The position numbers were made by a program, and so were the translations under genes. The notes beneath the pieces are model-generated. The model saw nothing but the letters and a program-made list of their open reading frames with translations, made no database searches and was not told the origin of the DNA. From positions 558,001 to 622,000 of the forward strand of contig JAQGDQ010000077.1 of the NCBI GenBank assembly GCA_030141605.1: DNA of 64,000 nt, given 5' to 3'. This document shows positions 24,278 to 37,747 of this stretch, piece by piece (the first letter of the stretch is position 1; each line of letters starts with the position of its first letter). This stretch comes from Tubiluchus corallicola. Lineage: Eukaryota > Animalia > Priapulida.

Positions 24278-24372
24278 CTAACTTTTTCACACTGTTCAAA
24301 AGTTTTCCGCCTCACCCTTAGACTGGTCGTGTAAACCACAACTTTTTCTTGCTCCAAAACTTGGAAGTTTTT
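24278..24372 (-). CDS. GRXCR1: GRXCR1-like coding exon 2 (start of glutaredoxin-like domain)
   Basis: ttttcag|...|gtaagt; translates KNFQVLEQEKVVVYTTSLRVRRKTFEQCEKV(R), the characteristic VVxYTTSLRxxRxTFExC motif of GRX-like/GRXCR proteins. Confidence 0.92.
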
Positions 24373-24443
24373 CTGAAAATCAAAAATATCTTTCTTAATG
24401 TCTTTACGTGTTTTTTACTATACTGGGAATTCGTGTAATAAGC

Positions 24444-24770
24444 ACACATATAATAATGTGCTCTATAGCCCCAGTAATTGTAGGATTCCTTGTACATATT
24501 TGCTTAATTAGTCTTAAAATTAAAAATATACCTTTAATAATAATTGCTGCAATAGTTAAAATGGTTTGCTAAAACAAAGTTTTATAGACGAAGAAAAGGC
24601 GTATAATAACCACATATATAGTAATGTGCTCCATAGCCCCAGTAATTGTAGGATGCCTTGTACATTTGCTTAATTACTGTAGTACTAAAATTAAAAATAA
24701 AGCTTTAATAATAATTGCTGAAATAGTTAAAATGGTTTGCTAAAACAAAAGTTTTATAGAAGAAAAAGGC
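24444..24770. repeat. Tandem duplication of ~165 bp
   Basis: CACATATA..AATGTGCTC.ATAGCCCCAGTAATTGTAGGAT...GAAGAAAAGGC occurs at ~24446-24600 and ~24611-24770. Confidence 0.9.
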
Positions 24771-26299
24771 GGAGTGGTCACAATGTCTGTTTGGTTATGG
24801 TAGTTAAGCGCTACGGAGCCTCGTTAATGAACGCATGGGTGACCGCTAGGAAAACTGTTTCTAAGCGGTTTAATTTGTCCCGTACTGTCCCGTCTGTTTA
24901 CCTAATTAAGATAAAATGTACGTAACTCGAATGCGGCTAAAATACCTCTACCGGTTCAGTGTGTCATCTTGAAGGATTTTTTTTTTGATAATGAGCTAGA
25001 TTTCGATCCGAACACAACTATGTATTCAACATTATTGTCAGGTTTTAGCGCACAATTTAGTTGCAAAGACTGTGTAATATGATTTCAGACTGGTCGCTCG
25101 GTGCAAAGAAATTTCAAGTCAGAAAAATTACTAAATACTAAGATGTGCAAAATGCTACATTATTTTACAACTGACCCAGCGTCCATAACCTTTCTGGTGA
25201 TGAAGGGCGATGAAAATATTTCAGTAGAGTTTCACAAGTAATGCTAAATTGTATTGACAAAACAACCAAGATAACGTTTTAAAATGCTAACAGTAATTTT
25301 ATTCCTCATTCCTGAAATACTTTGTATAAAATGTAGGAATAAGTTTATGGTAAACTTAATAATCCCTCGGTGCTAGAATCACATCGCCCCATTCAAATGG
25401 CCACGCTTAATTAAGTTTTAAATTGTTACAATTTTACCTTATTTGCGTATGCTGTTAATCCTAAGTACCGTGGTGTCTATTAACTGTTGTTAATATAACA
25501 ATATGAACGCGGCAATGAAAGGAAGGAAATAAGGGATTTTGGGCAGGTGAGTAACCTGTGTGAATGTCGCTAAGATAATTGCATTTATACATATATGGAA
25601 ATGAATTCCGCGATTCGAGCGGGCAGTGAAGGCTTTTGCAATTTGAAGAGTGAAACTCTTCCAATTTACCACTTACATTCTTATGTAATTTTATTATATT
25701 TCATTGTATTCCTTATGAATTTATCCGTTTAGCTCAAATCTAAATTTGATATATTGTGCTAGTCACAGATGGCGCATAAATTTACTTCACATTCTGCTAA
25801 ACAGGAAAGGCGTTCATTAAGCAATGGAGCGTTCCTATTTTTAACAAACAACTTTATCTGTGGGTTTGTGCTTTAAAAAGCTGCAGCTGGGCTACAATTT
25901 TTGTCGTATAAAGCTCCAAAATTGAAGATGGTGTCCAGTCACAGTGAACAGTGACATCAGGTTAAAATGTCGAGGTCACCAACCAGTTAATGATTACTTA
26001 AGATATAAAATTTGATAACTTGACAAATACACGAGCCGGTGTGTTTAAATTCACAAGAAAAATATTTCAATGTTTATATTTTCGTGAAACCCGACCTTCG
26101 TCAGTCGTCGCAGGTCAAAGATCAAATGGCAGTCCTAGACTTTTTTACTGCAACAATGATGTTGTGAATGCTATATAATGGATATGAATACGAAGTTCCG
26201 AAACTTGTTTGAAGAAACCAAAAGCAGAGCACATTAAAGAAACCTTGTAAAAACTATGAGAAGTTGAACAATCAAACTTGGAGGATACGGAGGATACGC

Positions 26300-26497
26300 G
26301 TTTAATAACTTGGTGTGGGATACACTTTTAATAACTTGGAGAGGGATATACCTTTAAGATCTTGGAGAGGGATACACCTTTAACAACTTGGAGAAGGATA
26401 CACCTATAATAACTTGGAGAGGGAAACACCTTTAACAACTTGGTGGGGGATACACCTTTAACAGGTTGGGGATACGCCTTTAACAACTTGGTGGGTG
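26300..26497. repeat. ~26-bp minisatellite, 7-8 copies
   Basis: Unit approx. AACTTGGAGAGGGATACACCTTTAAC. Confidence 0.9.
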
Positions 26498-29400
26498 TAC
26501 ATTCGAATAGGTTGAACGGCGAATTTTTTAAAAACTGTATATAGATAAAAAGCCAAACATTGGTGAATTGTAGTACCAGACCGGAAGATCAAACTTTAGT
26601 GGCGCATTCGGTGAATTAGAGTGGGTGATTAATAGTCAAAAAACAATTGTCTGAAACCACAACAAGATTAAACAAACAGCAAATTGAAAAAGGCTATTTG
26701 GAGCAGACAATTGACATATAATATGATCTGGCAAAGATTTTTATCTCTCTTCTTGCGCATCTCATGCAACTTGCCAATAACGCAGCAGTTCAACGCGTTA
26801 CACGTCTAAATGATGCTTTTTGATTTTGATTTTGGCTTGCGTTTTAAAACTGTAGTTTAATTCTGGTTATAAGACAATCGATCATTTTCATTCTACTTGA
26901 TTATATCTAAACAAGAGAACGATATAAGTTAGATAAAAGTGCATCTGTTGACACAGAGAACTGCACAAAGTAAATTTCCTCTTAAAATGTCCTCATTACC
27001 ATGATACATGTTAAGCGAAAATTAAGCTTGGCGTTCATAATTGCTATAACCAGCACGGCGAACTATAACCAGTCTACTCTGTCAATCATGCTGTGTATTT
27101 GGTATAGTCAGTTAAATGTCATGACACCCAATTTAAATTCTACATTATTCTAATTACCTAGATTTTATTGACAATGTTACAAATGTTAAAGTGGGAGAAG
27201 AAATTGAGTACTAGAAACAATGTGATGTGATAATGAACTTGTTCTCAGAATTTGTGCTTTGCGAAATTTGATCTTATAAGAACTATAACATTATTGCGCT
27301 TTTTAGAATTATAAAAAAATCTCTGGTCTTCGTAGTCAAAAAAATTTGTTTATCCTTTCGTTTTTATCCGCAAGAGTAGGATTTTTTATCATTATCAAAT
27401 TTTCTACTTCTCAGTTCATGTTAACTCGCAAACGCAAAGGGCTAGAAACACGAAACGTACAGGGTAAATTAATGGGTATGAGTGTTGGAGGTGTTGTTGT
27501 GAACGGTAACATCGGTCAAAAGGTCAAGGACACTGAAAATCGGTGGTTTTTTTGGTTGCCATTCGACTCCTCCTAAGGCTCAGAGTTTTCATAGGCATTT
27601 GGGCAATGTGGGCCAGATGTGTACCGGGACTTTTAAAAAGGTGAGCATTTCGGAGCTGCCGATGAAGGAGCCAATAACATTGAATAACTCTAAAACTGTA
27701 ATAACTAGAATCACGAAACTTGTGTGATAAACACCTGGACTAGGCGCTTAGACAACTGTGTTGATAAAAACTTAGCATTGTTTAAAAAGTGCGAGACAGT
27801 AGCTAAAGTGTGAAAATGGGGCAAATTACTTATTAGTCGCGAGCATCGTGTTCGCTGGTTAGTCACATTTGAGCTTAATAATCTTCAAAGTTGCAATCTA
27901 TAAAGTTAACCACATTCGACCAGGTATAGTCCGTGTAAACACAGTGCCGGCGTTACACTCGTAGATTTGGATCTGAATTCATTCAGTCGTATTTCGTTGA
28001 AGTTCAGTCGGTGTGTAAAAAATACGTTGGAAAAAATGAACGTGTTTTTGGAATGGGTACCGCGAATTTAACATGTTGTGAATTTGACTTTAAGATAACT
28101 TTTTAGGGTTTTTATTCAAATGAACAAATAATTTGAATTTTATAAAGACATTAAGATGTTTTGATAATATTTAGTCCTAGGTTTGTTGGCAAGTGGCTAG
28201 GTAGTAGTTTCAGTCTCATATACGAGTCCGATGTGGGCATGTATGATGAGTGGAACAGCTGAATGATCATAGTGTGTGGTTTATAGCGAAGCTAAGAGTG
28301 TCAGTCCTGTTAGTAACTCAGCCTGACTGATAAGAAACTACTTTTGGTTTCTTCCGCTCTTCTGTCATACTTGCTCCATTAGTTTGTTCGGCCTCGTTGA
28401 GCAAGGATGCAAATTATTGCATCGTGACGAAAAGGTTCTGATCCTGTCATAATTGTTCTACAGTCACATCAGACACTGCCACTGAGTGCTTGGCTCTGGC
28501 TAATAGTGTGCCAACTGTACAAAATGCTTGAAAATGTTATTTTACCTCGTGTCATACATCTCCATCTCTATTGTCGCACATTAAAGTTACAATGTTGTCA
28601 GTTAAATGAGCGACTGTAATAAATGTTGTCATTTTTGGTCATTTTAACTGGTATAATTTGCTTGTAAGTACACACAAAAAAACTCGAAATATCCCTGGCA
28701 CCAGCTCAGTGTGTAGCAGATCAACAGGAAGACCTCCCATAACGTTTAAATTAACAAAAATGCGCTATACGTTACAGTTCATGTACAGCGGCCTGACCTC
28801 GAATTCAATTTGTTTGCCATTATAACAATAGTAATTAGCGCGGTGGTAAAATTAACACCATGAAATTACGCCAAGTTTAACTCGTTTGAACATTTCCTAG
28901 TTACAAGTACAACGGGGTTTAACATCAGCTTTTGTTGACATAATTAGATTAAAGTGTGGAACGCGTGCACAACAAAAATCTCCCCATGCAGCTTGCTAAC
29001 TTTATACTAGTTATATAACAATCGAGATTATCGATTGCCCCGTATAATGCTCTGACGCATATCAACTGCCTTCATTAATTTCCTCTTAATTAGATTCATT
29101 TTCAGCTAAATAAATGTTTCACGGCTATTAATTAAGAGAAATCTCTCTTATCATACTGTATTTATTGCAGATTATTTAGTATATTAACAGATAAGTGAGT
29201 AACGCTAGACCAGACCTTCTAGTTTGACGCCAGAATTATTTGTAATAAGTTTAAACTACGCTTGTTTTAAAGCTACATGCCGTCTTATTCTACCCGGCAC
29301 ATGTGTTTGGAAAATCATTTTTTGCAAAGTAGGTTTTTTAATTTAACACTCCAGCTTCGTTTCTTCCATCTTCTAAACTGAAATTTATCGGAAATGGTGA

Positions 29401-30553
29401 ACTGAAAAGCATGACTATGAGGTGACACAGTGGTAGAGAGCAAGATGCAAGTAAAGGCCTCACTTGACGCTATATAGGCCTACAGCTTCTGTGGGTTTCT
29501 GAAGCATACCCATGACATTTCTCCGCAGCATAATAAGCTTTTGAGAAGGCGAACGTTATCTTTCTGCTATTTCAACTTCTCAGGCAAAAAGAAAAAACAC
29601 ATTTTGACAGCAGCATGAACAGCAGCTCTTCAAAAACAAATGAGTTGTCTGGTTTAAGACAGTTACTGACAGGTTACATTAGCTGAGATTATTTATTATT
29701 CATTCCTAGGATGAAAATTAAGTGCAAATGCATTCGTATATTTACTAGTCGGTTACCTCCTTTTAAGCACTGTCGTTTATAAGCATCAATTTTCCATACA
29801 GTAGCCCATAATTAATACTCATTGAAATGTCAAAACAGCTGGTGTTTGGATGTTTCTGTCACATGAAGGCATAATGGCCTAAATATCAACATCTCTTTAT
29901 AGACAGGTGGGTCCTAATGCACCCACAATAAAAATTTAAAACAGGTGTTTATATCTGCAGTCGGGACCATTCTACTTGTTTACGAAAATAAATTTCGCCC
30001 ACCAAACCGCTTAATAATAGTTAGGGTACCACTTCTATATAATGTACAATTAGCTGTCAGCACGACTCCTGCAGTACCATATAGAACAATACGCACTGTA
30101 CACTGCTATACAGTAATTCGCATGCGTAGGTGATAACTGATAACGAAGAAATTCATAAGCAATAAATTCTGTCCGTGATTTTGTTAAGAAATAAAAAATT
30201 TGAAATATTCTAAAACTGAAAATAATCAAGCAAACTCATCTACTTGAACTAGATTCCACGAAATCCTGGTTCGCAAATTCGTTGATGAATTATTTTACGG
30301 ACATTCAGCCGACTGCTTTCCCCCATCTAGTGGTCACTCATATTCGGTAAGCGCTTTGCCCGCAGCTTTTTAATAATAATAGTAATAATAATAATAACAC
30401 TAATAGTAATAATAATACCAATATTTTATAATGATAATAACAAAAGTCTTTTATTTACAGTTAATAACTGTAATCACAGTCATTTTACATTACAAATGCA
30501 CATTTTATAAAAAAATCACTTTGATTATAGACATTAATTTTAAATAAATGACC

Positions 30554-30749
<196 letters not shown>

Positions 30750-31486
30750 AAAGTTGCTGAACATTTTATAAAACTATTTACATAACCAGCTTGGTGTTGC
30801 TGCCTTGTTGGCCATTGTGAAAGTATAACAGAATAACAGAAGACATGTAAAGAGGTACTAATTAAAGTAATAAATTCTAAAATTCATTTAGTGAACACTT
30901 TTTTGTGACACATTTAAATGGAAGACCAACAATTACAACATGCTTTGTGATTGACAGTCTTTACCTAATACACGTGCGCTGAATAAAAATATTTAAACTA
31001 CTGTTCTATACTTTGAAACTTAAAGGTCTTGAACAGGTCTGATACTCTAGGTATGGTATCAAACACCACAATGAATTGAATTTAAAATAGCGTGATTACT
31101 GAACGATCAGTGTAATGACGTGCTAATCAAAAATTGCTTTATCAAGTCTCAGCAAACATCATTCGAAATTTTCAAAACGTGGGTCACAAGTTATTTATTA
31201 ACGAAATTGGGCCACTCTAAATAAAATAATTGTAAATAATCTGTGCCTAAGCCCATTGATTATTGAATATAATGTAAGTTGCATCGCAGAAAACGTGTCC
31301 AGCTAGAGTTTCAGTCGCACTTATCTTCTAACAGACAAAGTACACAGTTATTATAATGTTTTTAAAAACTTATTAACATCTTGCAAAAAGAGAGCTCTCG
31401 TTCATAAATTAGTACAGCCATAATGTTGGCAAACATGTGTCAATTATTACATGTGCGATGAACTTTTAAGGTTATAAAACTTATAC

Positions 31487-32167
31487 CTTTCTCGTTTCTT
31501 GACCAATCGTCTTAAAGGTCTCTATTCCCGCTCGGACTCGGTTTCGAACACCTCGGACAGAGCCAGAAGAGCTCGTGATGGCCACAGAACTGTCGTGATA
31601 TTCTCCATCGATAACCGATTTACCCACAAACTCCTTCGAACTTTTCTTGTTCAAGTTTTTCAGTTCGTTCATATAAAACTTCATAGGATATGATTCAGCT
31701 AAATTTTCTGCTTGTCCATTAATTGTACGTCCATTGGCGGAATGACCATTAACATGTATTGTGGTCAAACCGTCTATTCCTTTTTTCAAGCCGTTTTTTA
31801 TCTGTCTAATCTTCATTTCTGTGTTGTTGTAATCTATGTGTCCATTACCTGGAAAATCTTTATTGTTACCAGGTAAACTATTGAAATGCTTGGGCTTACT
31901 AACGAAGCCATTTTTACGATCTGCAAAGTGGCCGTTTATCTCAAGTTCATTCTTGTGAAAGGTTTCATCGTCAATGTGACCATTACTGGATAAGTGACCG
32001 TTCGAGATTCCGTAAGTGTGTCCGTTTTGATGACCGTTTATATGTCCGGAATGCGTGCATCCATTGACCTCTGCATATTTACCTGAATAACCGTTTTGTT
32101 CGGAATAATCGTTCTCATATGTGTCATCAATGTTGATGCAGTAAATGTTTCGTTCTTGTCTCTCCAT
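31487..32167 (-). CDS. GRXCR1: GRXCR1/CG31559-like glutaredoxin domain-containing cysteine-rich protein, coding exon 1 of 5
   Basis: ATG at 32167 (ACAATGG); low-complexity NG(H)-rich N-terminus followed by the family motif GSVRGVRNRVRAGIETF; phase-0 donor AAG|gtataag. Full model join complement(1157-1336,2017-2082,23519-23663,24278-24372,31487-32167) = 1167 nt, 388 aa, all phases compatible. Confidence 0.85.
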
Positions 32168-32209
32168 TGTCACGAAATCTCTCTTTACTTTTTATTGAGA
32201 CATGCGCAT

Positions 32210-32870
32210 TTGACGCTATAACACACACTTACTTTCCTTGGTTTTTCCTTTGCTTTAGTATTGCTAATAATTTAAGTTGTTATTAGATCCACATGTTACC
32301 GCGAATTAAATTAATTTGGAAATAGTTCACCAAACTTTTGAATTATCTGTGAGGTCTTACTTCTTATGACAATTCTAAAACACTGTCGCGTGGCAGATTT
32401 AAGAGTACCTGTGGCAATGGAGCGCAGACATTTCGGAAGATCAATCACAAAAAAGCAAACGCAGATGTCACGCACAAAACCGAAACACTTCCATTGTGTT
32501 ATTATAAAAAGGAAGTGAGACCGCGCTATAGAAATGTTAGAACAATATAGTTCAACTGCACTTGCGGTCTGGTTCACTGCTCCGTTAGAGCTCCAATACT
32601 TACGTTCGCGGCCAAGCTTATCTACCTCCGCAACCGATGTCACGTGACCGCAAAGGTGCACATCGGCAGTAGTAGTATAAACCACCCTTTTTCATGAACG
32701 CCTCCAAATAATGTTTAATAGTCTTTGTATTTTCGTTAACTACTAATTCTCATTTACGTTCATTTTGAATTTTCAATTTTTGTTTCTAAATTGTAAAAAA
32801 GTCTTGCAGTTTTGTCAGCAGGGAGTTCGTTTTCCTCTGGGTGATGGGATCGCCCCTGACACAGGTATGT
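32210..32870. promoter_or_regulatory. Candidate (possibly bidirectional) promoter between the GRXCR1-like and FMO genes
   Basis: CpG-richer patch between head-to-head genes; perfect palindromic E-box GTCACGTGAC at 32639-32648, ETS-like GGAAGTG at 32511, TATAAA at ~32676, plus-strand donor CAG|gtatgt at 32865. Confidence 0.4.
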
Positions 32871-33174
32871 TATTTGCTCTACCTGTAATCAAATGTTGAT
32901 TTAGAATATTAAGACAATTTACGCAATTATTGGAGCGATTTCATGCTTTGTGCTCCTCACGGGTGAGAATTTAACAAGTTCAGTGTATCAGTTTCAGATT
33001 ATCTTTGGGAAATTACAGGTATATTCTTTTCTTTCGGGGAATATTCTTTTGGGGAATAAAACTATCAACAAAACGTTTATAATATTGCAATGCTGCACCT
33101 TGGAAAAACGTTGGTTATAATGTTGCAAAAGACTAATGGCTCATATCTGATGCTCAGATATAAACTATTGTCGG

Positions 33175-33560
33175 TTTGTTTCTTTGTTTGTTTGTGTACG
33201 TAGATACGTGTTTATGTTTATGTGTTTGTTTGTTTGTTTCGTTTTGTTTCATTTCTTCATTTTTTATTTTTCATTCCCTTCTTTCTTCTTGTATTCCTTC
33301 TCCTTTATTTTCTTTGATCCATCTTTCTTTACTTTCTATCCTCTCTTTGTCGATTTTCCTTTACTTTGTCCATCTTTTCCCCTCCTTGCCTTTAATTATT
33401 TTCATTTCTTTCTTTCTCTTTCTTTCATTTCTCCTCGTTCCTCTCTTTTCCTTTTTCTTTCTTCTCGCTTTTTGCTTTCTTTCATTCAATTCTTCCTTTC
33501 CTTTCTTCTTTTCCTCCCTTTTCTATCTCTCTCTGCTTCTTAATTTCTTTGTGTCTTCCC
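33175..33560 (+). repeat. Pyrimidine-rich low-complexity tract
   Basis: T/C-rich degenerate simple repeats; a purine/A-rich counterpart lies at 39230-39680. Confidence 0.85.
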
Positions 33561-34419
33561 TCGCAGATCTTATAAAGTCATTGCAAGGTCTGCAGGCTAT
33601 ATAACCAAACACGTATTGGTTAAAAGCGCTTTGCCATTTAATTTCAATTAACTTTTCCTAAATTACTATTTCCTCTAATTTTCAAATCGTTTCCATATAC
33701 ATTCGAATGAGAGGTTATTTTGAAGTACTTTGCTATTTGTAGCGCATTCCGTATCGTTTATGTCGCCAAAAGATCTACGCGACAAAAGCAACTGATGTGA
33801 AGTTATACTGAGACGAAGATTTCCGTTACTGAAGCTAAACATGTTTTCGATTTATGGAACAAACCCTGTGAGCCCATGTGAGAGCCTCTTCGCACGTTAT
33901 GGCCTGTTGAATCTTGACGGTTAGAACGTAGCTTATCAGCTTACTTCAGCGGCTGACGCGAACGTGGAGCAGCGAAGAATTTTAGACGAATAAACCGATG
34001 AGAATGGAACTTTAATTGAAGTTATTGGCATCTTCACCCTAGATAGTGTACTAGCATGCCCTGTCGCATTTTTACTTTTGAGTACAACAACTACTTGCAA
34101 GTGTTTTTTACGCAGATGCAAATAATATGCGACGCTTCAGACAAGCCCAGCTTGCTGCGCTCTTTTTGTTGTATACCCAAATCTGTCTAGCCCCTGATGA
34201 TTCACACTGTAGAATGGATTGTTAAATACTGGCTGCATTTAACTTACACATAGCCGATTGGGACTTCGTAGTGTACAATGTGCGATTATTAATAGTACAT
34301 GTTATTTCAATTGTTTAAACTTTTGGTGATATGATTAATTTCAGTTGATATTAAGATATTTGTATCTATATTTTGACTGTCTAAAATAATTCACTTTTGC
34401 AGTGAAGTGATTTCGTACA

Positions 34420-34555
34420 ATGGAAGAGCCTGTAAACATGAAGAAGAGAGTAGCAGTGATTGGTGCTGGCTGTGCTGGAATCATTGCTTCCCGTTTGTTA
34501 TCCTGTAGGGAGGACAAATTTGATTATGAAGTGTATGAGCGTGGGCACTCAGTAG
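34420..34555 (+). CDS. Flavin-containing monooxygenase (FMO, GS-OX/senecionine N-oxygenase-like), coding exon 1 of 4
   Basis: MEEPVNMKKRVAVIGAGCAG (FAD-binding GxGxxG)...VYERGHSVG; phase-1 donor gtaggt. Model join(34420-34555,38368-38531,39991-40221,43380-44147) = 1299 nt, 432 aa. An acceptor at 34402 implies an upstream non-coding exon. Confidence 0.9.
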
Positions 34556-34866
34556 GTAGGTGTTGTGGATGGAGCTGGAGCAGACTATGAAGCTGCTCGA
34601 GTGTAATTGAATTTTGTTAACGATTATAATTATGTATTCATGCAGATTGTTGACATAAATAACAAATAGTGTCACCAGATATAGGTAATGGATAAAGATA
34701 AAGGTAAAGGAAGAGGGAGTGGAGTACAGTATCATCTCGACAGTCGGGGCCCCGATTATCGGGAACATTAGGTTAACTGGACTATATAGCAAAAACTATA
34801 ATTCAAACAGTAGTTCTGTGGTGTAGTGTGGGGCATGGACCTTCTGTTAATAGGTTAACATGTTAA

Positions 34867-36636
34867 GAGTCATTCCGTGAGAAAATCAGCATAATAGTGG
34901 AAGGTGACAAATCACCGATTTTGTTCATATTCACAGGGTTTGATGGTCCCCTCAGATGTACCCCACAGCCAAAATATTAGATTTCAGAAATGAGCCGTTT
35001 CTGAGAAAAGCCGCCATTTTGATTTTTTTCGGATTTTGGCCATTTTGGCGTAAAAAATTGTTCATTATTTCTCACGTTATTACAGACAGTAAATGAGCGA
35101 TCCAGCACTAGTTAATTGGTGATATATATAGTAGGGGTCTTACCCTACCGTACCATTATCGTTGCCAAATTGAACCTCCTTTCCAGTTGGTGTCATCAGA
35201 TTGCAAAAGATACGTGTCTGCTGCTGCTGAATTTAGATGCCATTTTGAAATCCCCGTAACTCCACTGGGGCGGGTATTGGGGGACTAATCAATATATTTT
35301 TATTTGCAGCTTGACTAGTCCTACAAATGCATGAAATAAAATTTTGGCCAGCGATCTCCCAAGTGTCCAGAATTTTTAGCCAAAGTTGCTCTTTTTTGCC
35401 ATTTTCACAACCTTGACCTATATTTAGCTATTCGCCTTTGGATGACGGTGTTGCCATTAGAATCGATACAAAGTGCGGCAACGTCAATGTTTATAGTAGT
35501 AATGGACTGGCTTTAGATGTCTGGGCACTCCTAGCAACCAGGCCCCTCATCAGGGGGCCGCATTCCCTTCGAAGGGCCCCTGTGACGATTATAACATAGT
35601 GATTTTTATAATCTGTATAAAACACGGAATAGTTTCATGTACATAATAACAGTTTCGTGTACAAGTGCTCGGGCTATATACCTATGGCCCGTGGATCAAT
35701 ACGGTGGCCTCGGGAGGGCCCCACTGTCTTGACTGAAAAATGGACTTCAGTCAAAAAGGTTTAGCGTCGCTTTGCTAAACAAGATTCTAAAGTAAGGCGG
35801 ACAAGGCGAGACAAGGCACTATTTGTGAAATTGTGTTGAAACCCTCCGCGAGCATCGAATATAACATGTTGCGAGCCAATTTTTAAAACGCACACAGCTT
35901 TGTGTGGTCTTGTATTCAACAGGCAAATAGCTGTCAGTCCCTGATATTTTCCTCAAATCAATTCGAGTTAATAGTTAGTTAGTTACTAATACCTTGGTGT
36001 GGCAACTTTGGCAGCTTCGACAACCAGAATTCTGCTTACTAACAACGGGTATTAACAAAAAAACTGGTTAAGAAACCCTGCCTCGGCCGTTACATACTAA
36101 TTCCGACTGTGCAACGTATGTTTCAAGCCATTCGCTCATATTGTATTTAACCGCCAGGTTTCCACCGTCTCGTAAAGATATACGCATATACACCGACTAC
36201 CATATTCAACTAAACTCTAACGAGAATCAGGGTGCTGACGCTTATAATCGCAAATTTTCAAAATAACAAAAAGACAACAACAAATTCTTTACGTCCACGA
36301 CTATTTTTTTATTCGCCAATATTCAATGAAAAGTCGCACTATAGCAAATAATAATAAGCTAATAATTGACAATACATACAGTAAGCTGCTACTACGTGTT
36401 GCTATGGTAACCTCCTTATCAAAAGAGACACAGAGAGACAGAGAGAGACACAGAGAGAGAGACAGAGAGACACATAGAGACAGAGAGAGACATAGACACC
36501 CAGAGACAGAGAGACACAGAGAGACAGCGACACACAGAGAGACAGAGAGAGAGACAGAGAGACACACACAGAGAGAGAGAGAGAGACACACAGAGAGGAG
36601 AGAGAGACAGAGAGAGACAGAGAAACAGAGAGAGAG

Positions 36637-36667
<31 letters not shown>

Positions 36668-37747
36668 CACACAGAGAGATAGAGAGAGACATAGAGAGAC
36701 AGAGAGAAAGACACAGAGAGACAGAGACACAGAGAGACAGAGACAGAGAGAGACACAGAGAGACAGAGAGAGAGAGAGAGACACAGAGAGACAGAGAGAG
36801 AGACACAGAGAGATAGAGAGAGACACAGAGAGAGACAGAGAGAGAGAGAGAGTGAGACACAGAGAGACAGGGAGAGAGAGAGACACACAGAGAGGCAGAG
36901 AGAGACACAGAGAGACAGAGACAGAGAGGCAGGGAGAGACAGAGAGAAACAAAGAGAGAGACACAGAGAGACAGAGAGAGAGACACAGAGAGACAGAGTG
37001 AGACACTGAGAGACAGAGAGACAGAGAGAGACACGGAGCGGCAGAGAGAGACACGGAGAGACAGAGAGAGACACAGAGAGACAGAGAGAGAGAGACGGAG
37101 ACAAAGAGAGAGACACAGAGAGACAGAAACGGTAATTTATCGTTTCTTTTTGAAATTTTCATTTTTTTTATTCAGAATTATGAATAATTCGTACTAATTT
37201 TTTTCCGATTTAGGTCACATTCAAGATCGAATCTCGTCAATTTATGGACGAGCTGGCCAAAATTTTATTAATGATCTAAGTACGCCTGGTCAAGCTGTAA
37301 ATAAACATATATTAATTATACTTCAAATACCCGCCTCAGTGGAGTTATGAGAATTTTAAAACAGGGTGTCATTCAGACTGTAGCAGACACGTATCTTTCA
37401 TGAGCTCATGATACCTACTGAAAGAGAATCTCAATTCATCAAACTCAATGTGGCAATAGCGCAAGACCACTACTATATATACCACCCAGCAACTAGTCCT
37501 GGATCATTCATTTACTGCCTGTAATGATATGACAAATATAGGTCATTTTCTTACGTCAAAATGGCCAAAATTCGAAAAAAATCAAAATAGCGGCCTATCT
37601 CCGAAACGGCTCATTTTTGATATCTAATATTTTGGCTGTGGGGTACATCTGAGAGGATCATCCAACCCTGTGAATATGAACAAAATCGGTGATTTGTCAC
37701 CTTCCACTATTTTTTGACTTTTGCATGGTTTTCTCGCGGAATGACTC
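34867..37747. mobile_element. Non-autonomous long-TIR DNA transposon, Sola3-like, in FMO intron 1
   Basis: TTAA at 34863-66 and 37748-51; termini GAGTCATTCCG...CGGAATGACTC; imperfect inverted repeats traceable for ~550 bp (34867-~35420 vs ~37205-37747); GAG...CTC ends, TTAA TSD and long TIRs fit Sola3; no transposase ORF. Confidence 0.8.
36424..37128 (+). repeat. Compound (AG)n/(AGAGAC)n microsatellite, ~700 bp
   Basis: Directly visible; explains the SLSLCV ORFs. Confidence 0.98.

Noticed and set aside
33176-33604. Hydrophobic Phe/Leu/Ser-rich ORFs resembling membrane proteins
   Set aside because: Pyrimidine-rich low-complexity DNA lacking stop codons by composition; the same applies to 39400-39696
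36301-37162. Long SLSLCV / RERH ORFs
   Set aside because: Translations of an AG-rich microsatellite
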